This document shows positions 55,446 to 64,000 of a stretch of 64,000 nucleotides of DNA, one piece after another. The translations under genes were made by a program, and so were the position numbers. The notes beneath the pieces were generated by a model, which was not told the origin of the DNA, searched no databases, and saw nothing but the letters and a program-made list of their open reading frames with translations. How positions within the stretch are numbered: the first letter of the stretch is position 1; every line of letters starts with the position of its first letter. The stretch is from a virus: IMG/VR virus record IMGVR_UViG_3300001533_003144, positions 55,996 to 119,995 of that record; one strand, 5' to 3'.

Positions 55446-58400
55446 ATGCCTTTAGATACAAAATTCAATGCAATGATTCCGAGAGATAATAGAGATCTTT
55501 TAGTGGAAGATCTCGAAAATCAGTCAAATGCTATACACAATGCTATTGGAGATCGTCAGGATGATGTTCATCCGGAGTTTGCCGGCACCGTAAAGTCAGA
55601 GGTAGCAGGGGTTGTCTGGGGACTGAAGGTGTCGTATGTTGCCGGTACAGATACTTTGGATATAAGCCCTGGAGTTGTCTTTAACCGGGGACGAAGGGGT
55701 TCTATAGCGACTATTAAATCTATTCCTATGGCTTCGGTGTCTGTAGATGATTTTATTGTAGCTCGGATTTGGTTTGAAGATGTTGATCTCAAAACTAATC
55801 CTGTAACTCATGTTAATGAGCCTGTCTATAGGCTGTACCATTGTGACATAGAAGTTAAGGTTATAGGTGACATAGACGAGGATGATGTGGTTATCGGTAA
55901 GGTTGTAGATATAGACGGGGGTGTGCCTATACTGGGAGATACTGCTTTATGGGAATATGTTTCCGGAGGTAATCATATCCGGTTTATACCTCGTAATAAT
56001 GTAGGCGAAGATATATTTGGCCCTGTTGGTAATAAATATTTTGTGCGGTTCAGTGTATTGTCCGATACCCCTATATCCGTTCAAAAGCTTAAAGATACTT
56101 CGGGACTTGATTTTACTTATCTGAACATACAGCTACAAGGAGACAGTTCCGGGGTAGTTATATCAACTTTACAGCAGATAATTGATGCAGTGAACTCTAC
56201 TCCAGGGTATTTTCGTGCGGAACTGGTATCTGGTTCGGGTTCTTTTGTACCTACATTGCTTCCTACTTTGTATGCCTCTTACAGTCAGTTTTCGGGTGGG
56301 GTTGATTATAGGAATTATTATGAGACAGTGTCAGGCAGCCGGTCGCTTGCGGTAACTGAGCGGTTTAATACTTCGGATCCTTATACAAAACATATTTCGC
56401 AGAAAGGAAGGGGGGTTCCCTCGGACCGTAATCCGCATGGTATGACTCTTGAAGATATGGGCGTGGCTGAGTTGAGTACGGAAGAACATATTAAAAGGGA
56501 ACATTTTTCGGCTTCTACTTTACCTCGGTCAGCTTCTTCTATTTTTTTAAGAACCGAAATTGTTTCAGCCTTTGAACTTAAAATTAATAAAAGTTCAGGG
56601 GTAGATGATGTTGGTTTGATACAGGGGCGTGTTTTAAAGGTGGCTTCTGATCTGATTCTTAATACCCCTTCTTTAGCTAAACAGGAGCTTTATCAGTTCT
56701 TTCTTACCCAGGGAGGGACAATTCAACATAGGATTATTGCGGAATATAAAGAATTTCCAGGGTATCCTGAGATATTGAGCGGTATCCGTACCGTACTATC
56801 TACTGTAGATAAAGACCCTTATTTAGCCGGGGATAAGATGCTGGAACTGGTTGTTTCTGGAGGTGGTACGGTTTTTACTGCAAGGTTAGGTGATTTGGGT
56901 GCTCCTGTTGGTGTTTCAGTAGAGGGGGAGTGTTTGTTAGTAGATGTTTCAGTAGAGGGGGAGTATTTGTTAGTAGATCCTTCCGATAATACTTGGATAC
57001 GGGTTTACCGGGAAAATGAGGCTATGCCTGATGGAGATTATCGTAATACGGTTACTTTTACGCCTTTTATGGAGATTACCGAATTACCTATATCAATGGT
57101 GTTCTGGAAAGGGCATCAGACCGAATGGGGTTATAGTTCCTCACAGCTTTTTAAAGATTTAAGATCGTATGGTTCTTTTTCTGTGAATAATGAAAAATAT
57201 CTGGATCTTGCTAATACGGTTCCTGTAGATTTCCGGGAAACTTCTTTAGGAGGTTTTACTGCTTTTGAGGGATCAAGTCGGGATCTAACGGTAAACCCTT
57301 TTAAGATAAAGTACAGGGGTACCCTTTACAGAAAAACAACTGCAACGGTTTTAACTATCCCTGAAGATTTCGAGGGCTACTTGTGTGCTTCTTTTGACGG
57401 TTTACAGGGGATGTCACTTTCGGTAGTTTCTGAATCCTCTTTTGAGCTAATGCCTGATCGGGTAATACTGGCTAAAGCTGTGTCTGATGCTGTCGAGATT
57501 ACGACAGTGTCGGAAACCTTTTTTACCGGTAGTTATAATCTGTCAGATAAGTTTTACGAGTTCAATATTTCTAAGGAAGAGGATTTCATTTATGCTTTAA
57601 GGACAGTTAAGGCTTTAGAAGGTACTCCTGGTATTGCAGCTTTTGTTTTTAATGTTCGGGAGAATCTTACTATAAACACGAATTCAATTTTTTCGGGTAC
57701 CAATAGCATTTATTCTCCTTTTATTTTAAACGGCCACAATAAGAGACTCAGTTTTACTGGTAGCACGCAGATCAGGATGGATGAATCTGTAATTAAAGAC
57801 TGCTTTATAGATACAGATGCTGCTGTTTTTTATAGTATTGGTGTTGATAGTCATTGTACCTTTCAGGACAGTTTTATTACTGGGACAGTAGCTTTTGGCG
57901 AGTTTTTAGGTAGAGTAGAGTTTTTCAATTGTTATGTGGGTAAATTTAAGGTAGGTGTTCGAGTTGATATGGTTGGAGGTCGATTACTTGATTCTATTGT
58001 TACTGTAAGTGATGCTGCTCAGGTAAATATGTCTAAGGTAGAATTTAGTGCCTCTGTTCCTATGTTATATTGTGAATCTTATGTTCCTCTTATAGATGGT
58101 ACAGATATCAATGCTTTAAATGTATCTTTAATACACTGCAGGGTATTCGGTAATGGTTCTTTAATTAATGTAGATCCGGGGTGTCCTGAAGGGCACATAA
58201 ACCTAAGTCTTATAGATTCCCGAATTAAATTTTCTTCGCCTGTTACCTGTGACCTGTCTGGACATTGGTTGGATGTTAGTGTTCTTAACGGGGCTTTAGG
58301 CAATTGTGTGTTTGTTGGGCGATCAGCTTTACTTTCAGGTTATAGTGGTTTTTTTGCCGTAGAAGGTACTACGCTGTCCGGGATTATTGGGTTCAAGTAT

Positions 58401-60110
58401 GATACAGTACCTGTAGCTTGGAACGATCCTGTTCTGATAACCTTTAAAGGTGTGACTTTTTTAGGTCAGTTAGATATAACGGACTTTACTTCGTTTGTGG
58501 TTGAAAGTAATTGCGTGTTTATTAATGACGATATTTTATTAAGTCCTGTCCGGAGCGTGTTTGTTGAAGTTACAGGTCAGTTTCCTCATCCCTCTTTTAT
58601 GGAAAATACTTGGGGTTCCGGGGGTGTTCCGGTAAATGCTTTTATAACCTGCAGAGGATCTTTACTTCGTGAAAGCTTTTTTTATTTTTATACTACAGAT
58701 CCCGATGCCTTATGGATAGACTTAAATAGGTTTTTCGAGGTACTTAATCACACCGATCATACAATACATATACAAGGGGACTATACAGGGGACTTTACAG
58801 AGGAGTTGATAATTTTAGGTGTTCAAGGTTCAGGTATTGTTTCTTTAGAAATTCCTTATTTTGAGATAGGCAAGTTGTCTATTATTGAGACAGTTCCTTT
58901 TGTATCTTCTGTTGTTGTTAAGGCGCAGTTGCAGCAGGGAGAGACACATGCTCTTCTGATAGATAATGCTATGGTATTCTTGTCGGGTCTTCCCGAATTG
59001 TCTGTTGCTCCTGGAAGGGTTTCTCCTTGGGATACTGGTAGAATTCTTTGTATGAAAAACCGGGCTTATTGTGAGTTGGTTACTGTTTTTGTAGAAGGTT
59101 CTCCGGGATCGGGTGGTAAGGCCACAAAACATTTGATAGATGTTTTAGGTTTTTCTACTCTAAAAATCAATACAGGTGAATTTAAGGCGGATCCTGCTGG
59201 TGTAGGTATGACAGATTCTGTAGCAAACTCTTATATCTATACAGAATCGGGTTCACAGGTCATTCAAGAGGGTACTGTTACTTTTGATACTAACTTTGTT
59301 TCTGAAACTCCGGACTCTATATATTCCATTGACAATTTAGCTGAGAATTTTAATTATCAGCATCAATGGGGCATTCACTCTTCGGATGATCTGGGTTGGG
59401 TTAAAAGGGCTTTAAATAATATTAAAAGTATTGAAGGTAAAGTTGTTATAAGGTTTGCTGTTGCCGGTCCTACTTACGATATTGATATAGATATGAAGAA
59501 TGTATCCGGTGCTGGTGAACTTGTGATAGGGGAGGCTTGGTCATCTCCTAACAAGACTTTAGAAGTATCTACGGCAAGGAGGGCGTTTTTTCAAGACTTT
59601 CAACCTAAACTGGTTTTAGGTATTGTTGATATTACTTCTTCTTGTGATATAGCCGCTATTTCTTTAGTTAATGTACCTAATTTCCAAATAGTTACTTTAA
59701 AAATCTCTGGATCCTTTTCTTCCGGGTCTTCTGGGGATTTTAAATATGGGTGTATTATTACTAACAGTAAGGGAGTAATAGATGCTTATAGTATTGGGGA
59801 GACTGCAAGTAATGAAAATGATCTGGAAAATGCTTTTATCGGATCGGGACAGTCTGAGGTAATATTAAATAAAGTTTCTTCTGATTATAGTGGTGCTTCT
59901 ATAGAACTCCTTGTGGGTACTTTATGGGGAGGGGGTCGTTATACCATTGCAGATGCAGGTTATTATGGTACCGCTAATTGGCTTAAATTTCGGGCTCCTT
60001 TGGACAGTATGGCTTCATTACCTGGAATTTACATACGGAGAAATGTTAGTGTTTCTGCTTGGGAAATGGTTCTTCACGGCGATTCTTCGGGTGATTTGAG
60101 AGTTAATTAA
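55446..60110 (+). CDS. Large tail fibre/tailspike-like virion protein
   Basis: GVVWGLKV...ISPG baseplate-anchor-like start; NPHGMTLED motif; long beta-helix-like C-terminal half; late promoter. Confidence 0.7.
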   Translation: MPLDTKFNAMIPRDNRDLLVEDLENQSNAIHNAIGDRQDDVHPEFAGTVKSEVAGVVWGLKVSYVAGTDTLDISPGVVFNRGRRGSIATIKSIPMASVSVDDFIVARIWFEDVDLKTNPVTHVNEPVYRLYHCDIEVKVIGDIDEDDVVIGKVVDIDGGVPILGDTALWEYVSGGNHIRFIPRNNVGEDIFGPVGNKYFVRFSVLSDTPISVQKLKDTSGLDFTYLNIQLQGDSSGVVISTLQQIIDAVNSTPGYFRAELVSGSGSFVPTLLPTLYASYSQFSGGVDYRNYYETVSGSRSLAVTERFNTSDPYTKHISQKGRGVPSDRNPHGMTLEDMGVAELSTEEHIKREHFSASTLPRSASSIFLRTEIVSAFELKINKSSGVDDVGLIQGRVLKVASDLILNTPSLAKQELYQFFLTQGGTIQHRIIAEYKEFPGYPEILSGIRTVLSTVDKDPYLAGDKMLELVVSGGGTVFTARLGDLGAPVGVSVEGECLLVDVSVEGEYLLVDPSDNTWIRVYRENEAMPDGDYRNTVTFTPFMEITELPISMVFWKGHQTEWGYSSSQLFKDLRSYGSFSVNNEKYLDLANTVPVDFRETSLGGFTAFEGSSRDLTVNPFKIKYRGTLYRKTTATVLTIPEDFEGYLCASFDGLQGMSLSVVSESSFELMPDRVILAKAVSDAVEITTVSETFFTGSYNLSDKFYEFNISKEEDFIYALRTVKALEGTPGIAAFVFNVRENLTINTNSIFSGTNSIYSPFILNGHNKRLSFTGSTQIRMDESVIKDCFIDTDAAVFYSIGVDSHCTFQDSFITGTVAFGEFLGRVEFFNCYVGKFKVGVRVDMVGGRLLDSIVTVSDAAQVNMSKVEFSASVPMLYCESYVPLIDGTDINALNVSLIHCRVFGNGSLINVDPGCPEGHINLSLIDSRIKFSSPVTCDLSGHWLDVSVLNGALGNCVFVGRSALLSGYSGFFAVEGTTLSGIIGFKYDTVPVAWNDPVLITFKGVTFLGQLDITDFTSFVVESNCVFINDDILLSPVRSVFVEVTGQFPHPSFMENTWGSGGVPVNAFITCRGSLLRESFFYFYTTDPDALWIDLNRFFEVLNHTDHTIHIQGDYTGDFTEELIILGVQGSGIVSLEIPYFEIGKLSIIETVPFVSSVVVKAQLQQGETHALLIDNAMVFLSGLPELSVAPGRVSPWDTGRILCMKNRAYCELVTVFVEGSPGSGGKATKHLIDVLGFSTLKINTGEFKADPAGVGMTDSVANSYIYTESGSQVIQEGTVTFDTNFVSETPDSIYSIDNLAENFNYQHQWGIHSSDDLGWVKRALNNIKSIEGKVVIRFAVAGPTYDIDIDMKNVSGAGELVIGEAWSSPNKTLEVSTARRAFFQDFQPKLVLGIVDITSSCDIAAISLVNVPNFQIVTLKISGSFSSGSSGDFKYGCIITNSKGVIDAYSIGETASNENDLENAFIGSGQSEVILNKVSSDYSGASIELLVGTLWGGGRYTIADAGYYGTANWLKFRAPLDSMASLPGIYIRRNVSVSAWEMVLHGDSSGDLRVN
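56912..56977 (+). repeat. 33-bp tandem duplication (VSVEGE[C/Y]LLVD x2)
   Basis: Two copies differing at one base. Confidence 0.9.
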
Positions 60111-60143
60111 AAAGGTGTAAATGAAATTAGCGAGTTTGTCTAA

Positions 60144-60195
60144 TGTTGAGAAAATGTTGATAAGTTTTTGATAAATTGTTGAAAACCAGTGTTGA
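60144..60195 (+). repeat. Helically phased (TG)TTGA repeats
   Basis: TTGA at 60146, 60157, 60168, 60179 (11-bp period) and 60192. Confidence 0.55.
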
Positions 60196-60199
60196 ATGC

Positions 60200-60282
60200 T
60201 TCCGTATTATACTAGTACCGTCACTCCATTACTATGAAGGAATATAGAAAAATTACAAAGTTAAAACTCGTTCCGTATTATA
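60200..60282 (+). promoter_or_regulatory. Two TTCCGTATTATA motifs (copies 6 and 7)
   Basis: Exact 12-mers at 60200-60211 and 60271-60282, upstream of ATG 60319. Confidence 0.65.
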
Positions 60283-60318
60283 TAGGGTGAACAGAGTTTA
60301 TTGCTTTTGGAGGTAGTT

Positions 60319-61050
60319 ATGTCGGGATGTCAGGTAATTTTTAATTGTTTTAGTAATCCTGAAGCTTGTGGGTATTCTGGTGAGTGTCCTCATTTTAAGA
60401 ATGGTTATTGTAATTCCGATGAGAAGAAAATCAGTGCTATACTTAACCAAATGCGTGTTCTAAAGAAACCTCCTTTACAGGTGGGTGAGGTGTCTGACGG
60501 GTATCATACCTTTAATGAGTTGTATAGACACCGGTATGCTTTGTTTGGAGCGTTGTGCCGGAAATATAGTTTACTATCTTGGAAGAGCAAGAAACAGTCA
60601 GATGGTGGTTCTATCCAGGGCTATTTTCTTGCCGGGATAGATCTTCCGGTTGGTCAGGTCTCTTATCATATTCCTTTGGCGTACTGGAAAGAGTTCCCTG
60701 CTGAAGAGGTTGCTGTTCCTCCTGATTTTGATGGTCATACTTCGGAAGATGTTGTTGACCGGTTGTTGTCTTTATGGGAAGAACCTGAGACAGTTTTATT
60801 TATGGATACCATAAAATTTTTTGGGAAAGAACCCCAGATCAGGAAAGCTATAGAAGAGTTGGCTGAACTTATCCGGGCGTTAGCTGCGGTAAATGATAAT
60901 GCCTGTATAGATGAAGAGATGGCTGATGTCTATATTATGTTGTCGCAACTGTTGCTGATCTTTGGTAATAAATCTAAGGTAGGGGATTATATTAAAAAGA
61001 AGAAGAAACGGTTATATGATCGTATTACTGGTAAACATAACTCTTTTTAG
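60319..61050 (+). CDS. Fusion of a WDGH-like phage domain and a MazG-like NTP pyrophosphohydrolase domain
   Basis: SDGYHTFNELY.HR..LF...WKSK...QVSYH...FDGHT, then EELAEL...IDEEMADV. Confidence 0.7.
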   Translation: MSGCQVIFNCFSNPEACGYSGECPHFKNGYCNSDEKKISAILNQMRVLKKPPLQVGEVSDGYHTFNELYRHRYALFGALCRKYSLLSWKSKKQSDGGSIQGYFLAGIDLPVGQVSYHIPLAYWKEFPAEEVAVPPDFDGHTSEDVVDRLLSLWEEPETVLFMDTIKFFGKEPQIRKAIEELAELIRALAAVNDNACIDEEMADVYIMLSQLLLIFGNKSKVGDYIKKKKKRLYDRITGKHNSF

Positions 61051-61060
61051 GGGGGTATCC

Positions 61061-61453
61061 ATGAGTCTTATTTTAATTCTTTTAATGGTTTATTGGTTTG
61101 GTGTTTTTGTGCATTTTTTCTTTATGAAGATTGAAGTGGTGGGGGGTAGCTTTTTGTTATCTCTCCTTTTGAAAATAGGCCTATCTTTTTCTTGGCCTTT
61201 TGTTATGGCTTATGTCCTGATACGGTATATTTTCTTGGATACTTCTTATATTTATATCCACTCCAGGTCAGAATCTAAAGAGAATCAACCCATACAAAGC
61301 CTTAATCAGGTGGATATGGGTAAATATGAGTTAAACCTGCATCTACTCTCTGATGAAGATCTTCTTATAGAGATAGAAGATAAGGAGAGTTCTGATAGTT
61401 TGGAGGTAAAGGTTCATAAAGATTTGAAAGGAATAACAAAAAAATTAAGGTAA
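61061..61453 (+). CDS. Membrane protein
   Basis: Two hydrophobic helices; SWP motif. Confidence 0.55.
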   Translation: MSLILILLMVYWFGVFVHFFFMKIEVVGGSFLLSLLLKIGLSFSWPFVMAYVLIRYIFLDTSYIYIHSRSESKENQPIQSLNQVDMGKYELNLHLLSDEDLLIEIEDKESSDSLEVKVHKDLKGITKKLR

Positions 61454-61454
61454 A

Positions 61455-61772
61455 GTGGGGGGTTTTTTAGGTATGATAAAAGTTATTCTTATTGGCTATA
61501 AGAAACATAATCAGGTTTGCAGAATGCCTGTTGACGAGGTTAAGGCTGCTGTGAGTTTTGTTGATTCTGATATTATGGAGATATGTTCTAATCATCCTGA
61601 TTTTGTATCAACTGCTTATTACCTGTGTGATAAGAAAGGAATTAAGTGTGTTTTAAAGTATAAGGGTAAAAGGTTATCCGGGCTTGATGAGGCTTTTGGT
61701 ATCTTTAATGAGTGTTATGCTGTAATGGATAAGATTTGTGAAGGTAGTGCTGAATTTGAAGAACCTATCTAA
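61455..61772 (+). CDS. Hypothetical protein
   Basis: Packed ORF (likely start ATG 61473). Confidence 0.5.
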   Translation: MGGFLGMIKVILIGYKKHNQVCRMPVDEVKAAVSFVDSDIMEICSNHPDFVSTAYYLCDKKGIKCVLKYKGKRLSGLDEAFGIFNECYAVMDKICEGSAEFEEPI

Positions 61773-61785
61773 AGGGGTAGATGCT

Positions 61786-62274
61786 ATGGTTGAAAAAAAA
61801 GCCCTTTTATCTCATTGTGGTAAGTATCGTTATACCTTATCCCGAATATGGGATACAGAAAAACCTTGTGTAATGTTTCTTATGCTGAGCCCTTCTACGG
61901 CTGATGCTTTCTCGGATGATCCTACAATCCGGAGATGTATAGGGTTCGCTAAGTCTTGGGGTTTTGGTGGGCTTTTTGTGTGTAATCTTTTTGCTTATAG
62001 GTCAACCAATCCTAAAGAGTTGTTGGTGGTGGAAGATCCAATTGGCCCAGACAACTTAACAGAAATAAGAAGGGCTGCTGACCATTCCGCTGTTGTAGTA
62101 TGTGCTTGGGGTAACGGTGGTATCGTTGACAAGTTGTTTAGTAGGTTTCCTGAATATAAGCCTTTAAAGGGTCTCGATTTACAGTTGTCTTGTTTAGGTT
62201 TATCTAAAGGAGGGCATCCTAAACATCCTTTATATTTAAAAAAAGATACGGAAAGAAAATACTACTCTTTTTAG
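61786..62274 (+). CDS. DUF1643 family protein
   Basis: CGKYRYTLSRIW...PSTADA..DDPTIRRC...NLFAYRST.P...AWG...HPLY. Confidence 0.9.
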   Translation: MVEKKALLSHCGKYRYTLSRIWDTEKPCVMFLMLSPSTADAFSDDPTIRRCIGFAKSWGFGGLFVCNLFAYRSTNPKELLVVEDPIGPDNLTEIRRAADHSAVVVCAWGNGGIVDKLFSRFPEYKPLKGLDLQLSCLGLSKGGHPKHPLYLKKDTERKYYSF

Positions 62275-62371
62275 GGAGGAATAAAATGACTTGGTTAAAA
62301 TTTGTTAATATGTTCTTTTTTCAATGGTTTCTTAGGTTCGCAAGGGGTCACCCTTTTAAAGTGAGGTAAGT

Positions 62372-62575
62372 ATGTCTGAAAAAACTATTAAGTCTGTTGT
62401 TGATCAGTTAATGGAAGATAAAGAGATCTCCGAAAAGGAGAAGAAGATGTTCTTAAATATTTGGATAAAGTTAGTGTCTGATAACATTTATAATAAAAAG
62501 ATGAGTATAGAAGAGTTAAAGGAACATAGAGAAGGTTTGGAGTATATGGATAGGTGTTTAGAGCTTCTATCATAG
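62372..62575 (+). CDS. Hypothetical protein
   Basis: GAGG RBS. Confidence 0.5.
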   Translation: MSEKTIKSVVDQLMEDKEISEKEKKMFLNIWIKLVSDNIYNKKMSIEELKEHREGLEYMDRCLELLS

Positions 62576-62785
62576 GGGGTTTTGTTGTGTTTAAATTAGT
62601 TAAAGACTTTATTACTTTTTTGTTAGGGCTTCAACCTTTAGAGTGGTGTTCTGTTTATAGGTTATCTTCTATCTTCTTTACCTGCGATCTAAATAAGTGT
62701 CCTGATATAACTTTAAAGGACATAGATAGATCCTACCTTTGGAGATTTACCTTTACCTGAAGAGTTTTCTTTCCATATAAGTGCT

Positions 62786-63232
62786 ATGGGGTGTTCTATA
62801 AATAGGACAGAATATAACTGTGCCTTATCCCAACCTGTTACAATTTTACCTGGTTTTCGTACGGGGGTGTCCTGTAAGGTTTTTAAAGTTGTAAATAATA
62901 AAGAGGTGTTATTTCGTACCTCTATTACTGGCAGGGACCGTATGAAACGATCATTAGGCTTTGTTCATTTTGGTAACAGAAAAACCGCAAAAAAGTGGTT
63001 AAAGGCTAACGGAGGCTTCTCTGTTCCAGAAAATCCCCTTACTCTTAACAGCTTTATAGAGGTATCTTCTACAAAATATATATCTCTTAGAAAGATCCCT
63101 CATTTACTTTTTGACGGTTATACTTCGGACATAGACAAAAGAATTTACCTTCATGGAGGGCATTACAGTCCGGATATTGATGTATCTGAAGCGGTAGGAA
63201 GAGCCGAAAAGAGGGGTGAGGTTGAGCCATGA
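62786..63232 (+). CDS. Hypothetical protein
   Basis: 148-aa ORF coupled to the next gene. Confidence 0.45.
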   Translation: MGCSINRTEYNCALSQPVTILPGFRTGVSCKVFKVVNNKEVLFRTSITGRDRMKRSLGFVHFGNRKTAKKWLKANGGFSVPENPLTLNSFIEVSSTKYISLRKIPHLLFDGYTSDIDKRIYLHGGHYSPDIDVSEAVGRAEKRGEVEP

Positions 63233-63420
63233 AAGTTAAAAACTTAATAAAAAAGCTTTTCATTAAATTTGCTTCAGAAGAGCTTCCTGGCTGTGATTTT
63301 GAGATAGGTACTGGTGGAGATCCTAAAAGGTGTGTGGTTAGGTGGTTACAGGAGAATGATCGTTATATTGACCGGTGTATAAAAGAGTTAAGGAATAAAA
63401 ATGAAAATAGAAACCCTTGA
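63229..63420 (+). CDS. Hypothetical protein
   Basis: GAGG RBS; ATGA overlap. Confidence 0.5.
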   Translation: MKVKNLIKKLFIKFASEELPGCDFEIGTGGDPKRCVVRWLQENDRYIDRCIKELRNKNENRNP

Positions 63421-63907
63421 ACTTGAGATAGCTGTAGCTTCTTATTTCAATACAAGAAAGAATGTTATTGTTCCAAATGTTTCTTGGGGATTTCAGTTGA
63501 ATTATGAGGCTGATTTAATGGTACTCACTCAACGGGATTATCTTTGTGAAGTAGAGTTAAAGGTAACTAAGTCTGACATGAAAGCTGAAAAGAAGAAAAG
63601 GAAAGCTCATACCTGTATCTATGTTAAATATATGTATTATGCTTTTCCGGAGGAACTTCTTGATACAGCTTTAGATGTATGTCCGGAAGATGCAGGGCTG
63701 CTTCTTGCTTCTGTTACTCCTCGTGGTAATGTGAAGATCTTTCTTCATAGGAAACCTGTTGCTCGTCCTTTTAAAAAAGTTCCTATTGAAAAGCAGTTTC
63801 AGTTAGCCCGTTTAGGTGCTATGAGAATCTGGAATATTAAGAATGTGCTTTACTCTATGCAGCCAAAACAGTTAAAGTTTAATTTTGATGATGAGTGTTT
63901 ATTATAG
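63401..63907 (+). CDS. PD-(D/E)XK / MmcB-like nuclease-fold protein
   Basis: VPNVSWG...EADL...EVELKVTKSD...YYAFP...AGLL. Confidence 0.75.
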   Translation: MKIETLELEIAVASYFNTRKNVIVPNVSWGFQLNYEADLMVLTQRDYLCEVELKVTKSDMKAEKKKRKAHTCIYVKYMYYAFPEELLDTALDVCPEDAGLLLASVTPRGNVKIFLHRKPVARPFKKVPIEKQFQLARLGAMRIWNIKNVLYSMQPKQLKFNFDDECLL

Positions 63908-64000
63908 ATTAAGGGGGTATTAAGGTGGATTTATTGATCAGAGTGACTTCTTGGTTGGATGCTATAACGCAGGGTAATCAGATATTAGCTGGTGCCGTTT

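Noticed and set aside
1-64000. Complete DGR (RT, Avd, template repeat) within the window
   Set aside because: No ORF with RT motifs such as YxDD in RT context was recognised, and no non-coding A-rich copy of either repeat was found; only the target-like signature is present.
1-64000. Minus-strand ORFs in the track (e.g. 1210-1617, 8291-8539, 9130-9507, 50415-50921, 54789-55235)
   Set aside because: Antisense shadows of well-supported + strand genes or the ncRNA, without recognisable domains.
1-64000. Alternative genetic code (stop-codon reassignment)
   Set aside because: Long conserved genes are intact and densely packed under the standard code; TAA, TAG and TGA all serve as stops.
1-64000. 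Prophage boundary, integrase or capsid/terminase genes
   Set aside because: No integrase, att-like junction, host housekeeping synteny or head genes were recognised; these may lie outside the window.

Overview
This 64-kb window is a segment of a large contractile-tailed (myovirus-like) bacteriophage genome. Essentially all credible genes are on the + strand and read in the standard genetic code. Sigma70 promoters, GGAGG ribosome-binding sites, lipoproteins and a probable two-component spanin point to a diderm bacterial host. Contents: the end of a receptor-binding protein with 75-bp solenoid repeats; a replication/transcription block (CHC2 zinc finger, sigma-like factor, DnaC-like loader, DnaB helicase); a neck-sheath-tube-chaperone-tape measure-baseplate-fibre module; and early/accessory genes (Ocr-like protein, beta-clamp, SLT, DUF1643, MazG-like fusion). 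Most notable observations: (1) four acidic mosaic polyproteins embedded among tail genes, whose modules are joined by recurring basic [VI]-[KR]-A-S-type linkers, one still carrying internal promoter/RBS relics (candidate protease-processed, virion-delivered effector cassettes); (2) a ~435-nt structured ncRNA closed by a 26-position stem behind a near-perfect sigma70 promoter; (3) exactly six 99-bp ankyrin units that appear spliced into a small unrelated gene at a 14-nt microhomology, plus a 75-bp repeat array with a DGR-like codon signature, although no reverse transcriptase is in the window; (4) three recurring promoter classes, a -1 frameshift in the tail chaperone, and a non-canonical tRNA-like element. 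All family assignments come from motif recognition by eye, not database searches.
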